DNA of 64,000 bases, taken from NCBI GenBank assembly GCA_964576435.1, contig CAZNUP010000001.1, positions 226,345-290,344 of the forward strand, read 5' to 3'. Position numbers and translations under genes: made by a program. The notes beneath the pieces are model-generated. The model was not told the DNA's origin. It saw only the letters and a list, made by a program, of their open reading frames with translations, and did not search any database. This document shows positions 60,271 through 64,000 of this stretch, one piece after another (position 1 is the first letter of the stretch; each line of letters opens with the position of its first letter). This DNA is from an uncultured Gammaproteobacteria bacterium (GTDB lineage Bacteria > Patescibacteriota > Microgenomatia > JAMCZE01).

Positions 60271-62038
60271 AGACTCTTCGGATTCCAGATGACACTGCTT
60301 CTTCTTTTATGATTTTAATTTGTCCAATCTCTTTAGTATTTTGAACATGTGGTCCGCCACATATTTCCTTTGACACATCACCAAATGAATATACAGTGAC
60401 TTTTTCAGGATATTTCTCTTTAAAAAATGCCATCGCCCCTTCTTTAATTGCCTCTTCATAAGTCATTGTCTCAACTTTTCTTTCTAGTCCTTCACTAATC
60501 CATTTATTGATTAAATCTTCCACCTGTTTAATTTCTTCTGGAGTCAGTTTATTTGGATAAGAAAAATCAAATCGCAATCTTTCTCCTGTTAAATTAGATC
60601 CTTCCTGTCGGACCCCATTTCCTAAAACTTTTCGAAGTGCAGCTTGCAAAAGGTGTGTGGCAGTATGATATTTCACAACTTCATCTGAGTGGTCAGCGAG
60701 TCCTCCTTTAAACATTCCCTGGCTAGCAGTTCGAGATTTTTCTTTATGTTTAGAATAAGCTTCATCATATTCTTCCTTTGTCGCAACCTTAATGTTCTTG
60801 GCTTTACCCTCCTCCTCAGTCAACTCATAAGGGAACCCAAATGATTCATAAAGATAGAACACTTCTTCGGCAGACAACTCTCCACTTGCAGATAATTTTT
60901 CAAATTCTTTAAGTCCTTTAGAAAGTGTATTCCTAAATTTGGTTTCCTCTTTGGAAATAACCTCCTTAATATTTATTTTGTTTTCCAAGAGTTCTGGATA
61001 AACTTCAGCATATGTTTCTGCTACTGGGTCAACAACTTTCTCAATGAAATTTTCTTCAACACCTAAATTTTTACTATACCTAATAGCTCTTCTAATTAGT
61101 CTACGAAGCACATAACCTCTGTCTGTGTTACTAGGAAGTACTCCTGCTGAAATAAGGAATGTTGCGGAACGAATATGATCAGCGACAATCCGGAAGTCTT
61201 TAGATTCACCACCATATTGTTGTCCAGATATCTTTTCAATTGTTTTAATTATTTCAGAAAATACATCAGTCTTAAAAACATCCATGTCATTATTAAGCGC
61301 AGCCAGTGTTCTTTCTATGCCCCCTCCAAAATCTACGTTTTTTTGTTTCAGCTCTTCAAATCCATCAGAAGTTTTTTTATAAGTTATAAAAACACAATTT
61401 CCAATTTCAATGAATCTTCCACAATCACAATTTGGATGGCACTTTTCTCCAAATTTTGGATCATGTGGTACATGAGTGAATTCATAAAACACTTCGGAAC
61501 TTGGTCCGCCAATTTCTCCAACAGGCATTTTTTCAGGTGGGCCACTTCTGCTCCACCAATTTGATTTTCCACTGTAATAAAAAATCCTTTCTTCTGGAAA
61601 TCCTAGTTTTTTCCAAATATCCGCAGAGTATGTGTCTTTAGGGACATAGTCATTCCCCTCAAAACAGGTTGCATAAAGATTTTCTAATGAAAATCCTAAT
61701 TCTTTAGTCAAAAATTCAAAGTACCAAGGGATTTGTTCATCTTTAAAATAATCACCAAGTGACCAATTTCCCATCATCTCAAAAAAGGAGTCATGCCTAT
61801 TATCTCCAACCTCGTCAATATCCTGCCCTCTGAAGCACTTTTGAATATCCACAATTCTATTACCAAGTGGGTGTTTCTCTCCAAGTAGATATGGGATTAG
61901 AGGTTGCATTCCTGATCCCGTAAAGAGGGTAGTAGGATCATTTTCTGGGACCAATGAGCTAGAAGGCACAATTACCGAATTTCTCGGGGTTTGGGTCCAA
62001 AAGTCAAAATATTTCTTCCTAAGATCTAAGTGTTTCAT
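60257..62038 (-). CDS. alaS: Alanyl-tRNA synthetase, short form (catalytic, tRNA-binding and editing domains; no C-Ala domain)
   Basis: IVPSSSLVPENDPTTLFTGSGMQP... class II catalytic core; editing-domain HxxxH (HTATHLL) and CGGPH. 593 aa. Confidence 0.85.
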   Translation of the reverse strand: MKHLDLRKKYFDFWTQTPRNSVIVPSSSLVPENDPTTLFTGSGMQPLIPYLLGEKHPLGNRIVDIQKCFRGQDIDEVGDNRHDSFFEMMGNWSLGDYFKDEQIPWYFEFLTKELGFSLENLYATCFEGNDYVPKDTYSADIWKKLGFPEERIFYYSGKSNWWSRSGPPEKMPVGEIGGPSSEVFYEFTHVPHDPKFGEKCHPNCDCGRFIEIGNCVFITYKKTSDGFEELKQKNVDFGGGIERTLAALNNDMDVFKTDVFSEIIKTIEKISGQQYGGESKDFRIVADHIRSATFLISAGVLPSNTDRGYVLRRLIRRAIRYSKNLGVEENFIEKVVDPVAETYAEVYPELLENKINIKEVISKEETKFRNTLSKGLKEFEKLSASGELSAEEVFYLYESFGFPYELTEEEGKAKNIKVATKEEYDEAYSKHKEKSRTASQGMFKGGLADHSDEVVKYHTATHLLQAALRKVLGNGVRQEGSNLTGERLRFDFSYPNKLTPEEIKQVEDLINKWISEGLERKVETMTYEEAIKEGAMAFFKEKYPEKVTVYSFGDVSKEICGGPHVQNTKEIGQIKIIKEEAVSSGIRRVYAKI

Positions 62039-62232
62039 AAAAAAACCTCGTTCCAGTATTAAATTAACTTAATACAAGGACGAGGAATTCTCGTGGTACC
62101 ACCTTGCTTGCTTCTTATTTTCTGCTTTACGGGCAGTTCCGGCAAACTCTTCGCTTGCAGCTCTTGGGTTGGCATCCCAATCAAACGCTTTTATACAACG
62201 TCTTTATTATATCAAATCCGACGGCCTCAATC
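62039..62232 (-). ncRNA. T-box riboswitch leader of alaS
   Basis: Minus-strand RNA: ...GCAAGG-UGGUACC-ACGAG-AAUUC-CUCGU-CCUUG... Helix A1 is CAAGG/CCUUG, the 7-nt bulge is UGGUACC, and helix A2 is ACGAG/CUCGU. GGUGGUACCACG matches the T-box consensus GGUGGNACCGCG. A competing terminator is CCUCGU...(GUAUUAA/UUAAUAC inner helix)...ACGAGG then U7 abutting the AUG. Confidence 0.65.
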
Positions 62233-62508
62233 TTACTTTGCTGCTTTTTGGATTTGTTTACCCAGTGATTCTGTTGCTTTGCCAGCTTCTTTGACATTAT
62301 CCTTTGCTAATTTTTGTGCGCTAGAACCGATTTGGTTTAGTTTTGCACCGGTTTTGTCAAAAAGTTCTGGGTACTCATCGTAAATTCTTCTTCTAATTTT
62401 TCTGCCTTGATCTGTTCCAAACAAGAAAGCTATCCCTCCCGCAATTGCAGCACCAAAGATTGCACCAGCCATAAAATCCGAACTTCTATTATCAGACATT
62501 ATTTTCAC
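62233..62508 (-). CDS. YtxH-like small protein (N-terminal TM, C-terminal coiled coil)
   Basis: FMAGAIFGAAIAGGIAFLF helix followed by a K/A-rich helical region. Confidence 0.4.
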   Translation of the reverse strand: MKIMSDNRSSDFMAGAIFGAAIAGGIAFLFGTDQGRKIRRRIYDEYPELFDKTGAKLNQIGSSAQKLAKDNVKEAGKATESLGKQIQKAAK

Positions 62509-62752
62509 TTCCTTTCGAAAAAAGTCTTGTCAGCAGTTTTCCATTTAAAATTTGCATAAGCATGTCTGAAATTGAACTAATTGGTAAGTTTACAGACTGA
62601 GTAATACTGTCTGTGTTATCAAGAACTCGATTTGCCTTTTCTATGGTGACCCGAAGATCCTTTAAAACATGGTAAGCCTGAATTCCAACAATGACAATCA
62701 TTGTTGTTAAGATGCCGAGCATAAATATTAAAATTGCTGCGGTTGCGTCCAT
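62492..62752 (-). CDS. DUF948-like small membrane protein
   Basis: Single N-terminal TM, then a helical domain; paired with the YtxH-like gene. Confidence 0.35.
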   Translation of the reverse strand: MDATAAILIFMLGILTTMIVIVGIQAYHVLKDLRVTIEKANRVLDNTDSITQSVNLPISSISDMLMQILNGKLLTRLFSKGSENNV

Positions 62753-62764
62753 ATTTCTAGTATA

Positions 62765-63397
62765 TCACTTTTCCAGTCGAATGTTTTTAATAATTGTAGT
62801 TTCCTTTTGATATTTATTTTTGGCTGAAATTGTAAGTGTGTTAAGTCCCGACTGAAGTGGAATGTCCACACTAAAAGTACCATTTTCGGAAATAAGTACC
62901 GGTTGGCTATTAATTGTTAAAGTCGCATCAGGATCAGATGTTCCACTAACTTTGACTACCTCTTTTGTCACGACACTATTATTTTGTGGAGTTTTAACAT
63001 TAAGTGCCGGTGCTCCGGCAAATGCAAAATATGAAAAACCTAGATATGCAAAAAACAGTACAAGGAAAACTGCAACTATAGTTCCTGTGAATAGTTGGGG
63101 TGTTAGTTTGAATCTTTTAACAAGAGGTTGAAAGCCCCGTGTTGGTAAATGTCTTGCTTTTCCTTCATCAACTTGGCGCCTATAAAACGCCATTGCATCA
63201 GTCGCAGATAATCCCAAAAAAGTTGCATAATTTCTAATAAAGCCTTTTGTAAAGGTTTGGTCCGGCAATTTGTCAAATTGGTTTTTTTCTAACGCATCCA
63301 AGAACTTAGCCCGGATCTTGGTGGCCTTTTCCACTTGTTCAATTGTCAGCCGTTTTTTATTCCGGCCGCTTTGTAGATATTCTCCAACGGTGATCAT
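62765..63397 (-). CDS. rodZ: RodZ-like cytoskeleton protein (XRE-type HTH, TM, C-terminal domain)
   Basis: N-terminal HTH (RLTIEQVEKATKIRAKFLDALEKNQFDKLP...TFTKGFIRNYATFLGL), then a TM helix. Confidence 0.6.
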   Translation of the reverse strand: MITVGEYLQSGRNKKRLTIEQVEKATKIRAKFLDALEKNQFDKLPDQTFTKGFIRNYATFLGLSATDAMAFYRRQVDEGKARHLPTRGFQPLVKRFKLTPQLFTGTIVAVFLVLFFAYLGFSYFAFAGAPALNVKTPQNNSVVTKEVVKVSGTSDPDATLTINSQPVLISENGTFSVDIPLQSGLNTLTISAKNKYQKETTIIKNIRLEK

Positions 63398-63403
63398 AAT
63401 TTT

Positions 63404-64000
63404 TTATGGGGTTGGTGTGGCTTCGGCCGGAGCGCCGCCATTTCTTTGTGCAAAATATTCATCTGCATTTCGAACAAGAACATCTCGTGGTTTGCTGCCT
63501 TCACCGGGTCCCACTATACCCATTTCTTGGAGAGTGTCAAGGATTCGAGCGGCTCTAGCATACCCAATTGATAGTTTCCTCTGGAGAAGTGACGCGCTAG
63601 CCCTGTCATATTGGCAGACTGTTCTAATAGCATCATCAATAAATGGATCTCCTCCATTTGGATCAGCTTGTTTCCCGCCAGGTCCAGGTTTGGCTGCAAT
63701 TGGCATACTTGTGACTTCTTCAGTGTACTGAACAGGTCCGCCTTTGGTTTTAAGCCAATCAACTACTTTGTGAACTTCCGAGTCAGACAAGAAAGCACCT
63801 TGTACGCGAGCGGGTTTGCTTTGATCTGGTGGGACATACAGCATGTCTCCTCGTCCAAGAAGTTTTTCCGCTCCCGGGTTATCTAGAATAACGCGCGAGT
63901 CAATCATCGATGTAACGTTAAAGGCAATTCGGCACGGAATATTTGCCTTAATAAGTCCAGTTAAGACATCAACACTTGGTCTTTGTGTTGAAAGAATCAA
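63404..64000 (-). CDS. ftsK: DNA translocase FtsK, C-terminal part (motor end plus gamma winged-helix); 5' end beyond the window
   Basis: DPFIDDAIRTVCQYDRASASLLQRKLSIGYARAARILDTLQEMGIV is the FtsK gamma domain. The ORF is open to the window edge. Confidence 0.8.
   Translation of the reverse strand: MILSTQRPSVDVLTGLIKANIPCRIAFNVTSMIDSRVILDNPGAEKLLGRGDMLYVPPDQSKPARVQGAFLSDSEVHKVVDWLKTKGGPVQYTEEVTSMPIAAKPGPGGKQADPNGGDPFIDDAIRTVCQYDRASASLLQRKLSIGYARAARILDTLQEMGIVGPGEGSKPRDVLVRNADEYFAQRNGGAPAEATPTP

Noticed and set aside
1-64000. Alternative genetic code (UGA=Gly, code 25) as in some CPR lineages
   Set aside because: TGA terminates conserved genes at the expected positions (e.g. the ATL gene and the 10380..10811 gene). 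Ribosomal proteins end at the expected length with TAA or TAG.
1-64000. CRISPR array, integrase, transposase, reverse transcriptase or DGR
   Set aside because: No spaced direct repeats were seen, and no ORF has recombinase, DDE or RT motifs. The only tRNA-adjacent gene is a 165-aa unknown, not an integrase.

Overview
This is a low-GC (~38-40%) bacterial chromosome segment that uses the standard genetic code (TAA, TAG and TGA all act as stops), dominated by a near-complete ribosomal/transcription supercluster on the minus strand. In transcription order: rpoB, rpoC, rpsL, rpsG, fusA, tuf, rpsJ, an inserted unknown gene, rplC, rplD, rplW, rplB, rpsS, rplV, rpsC, rplP, rpmC, rpsQ, rplN, rplX, rplE, rpsN (Zn type), rpsH, rplF, rplR, rpsE, rplO. 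Then mscL and an ASCH-domain gene sit on the opposite strand, followed by secY, adk and map. The alpha-operon part (infA-rpmJ-rpsM-rpsK-rpsD-rpoA-rplQ-rplM-rpsI) lies separately on the plus strand at 46.7-50.9 kb. rpmD (L30) is absent; rpsE and rplO overlap. Together with compact genes and tailed or zinc-ribbon ribosomal proteins, this fits a CPR/Patescibacteria-like, Gram-positive-type (Saccharibacteria-like) organism, but that assignment is inference. Other content falls into four groups. DNA repair and recombination genes: two UvrD-family helicases, one of them fused to an Fe-S PD-(D/E)XK nuclease and adjacent to rmuC, plus recA, recX, ruvX, tatD, an alkyltransferase-like (ATL) protein and the ftsK C-terminus. 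Envelope genes: LCP, sortase, two tandem FemAB genes, mltG, a GT-C plus processive GT2 (QxxRW) pair, UbiA plus MraY/WecA, PEGA/SH3b and rodZ. Translation and housekeeping genes: metG, alaS, tpiA and rny. One tRNA-Pro(GGG) is hidden inside a called ORF. The most interesting signals are cis-regulatory. There is a textbook T-box antiterminator in front of alaS. A promoter, a 16-bp perfect palindrome and an antiterminator/terminator switch lie in front of rplC, immediately after a 147-aa unknown gene inserted between rpsJ and rplC. An attenuator with a duplicated GCGGGA element lies in front of metG. Terminator-like hairpin/U-tracts abut the start codons of rpoB, rplC and alaS. No CRISPR array, integrase, transposase or reverse transcriptase was seen. 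Coordinates were anchored to the ORF track; hand-located RNA elements may be off by about 1 nt.
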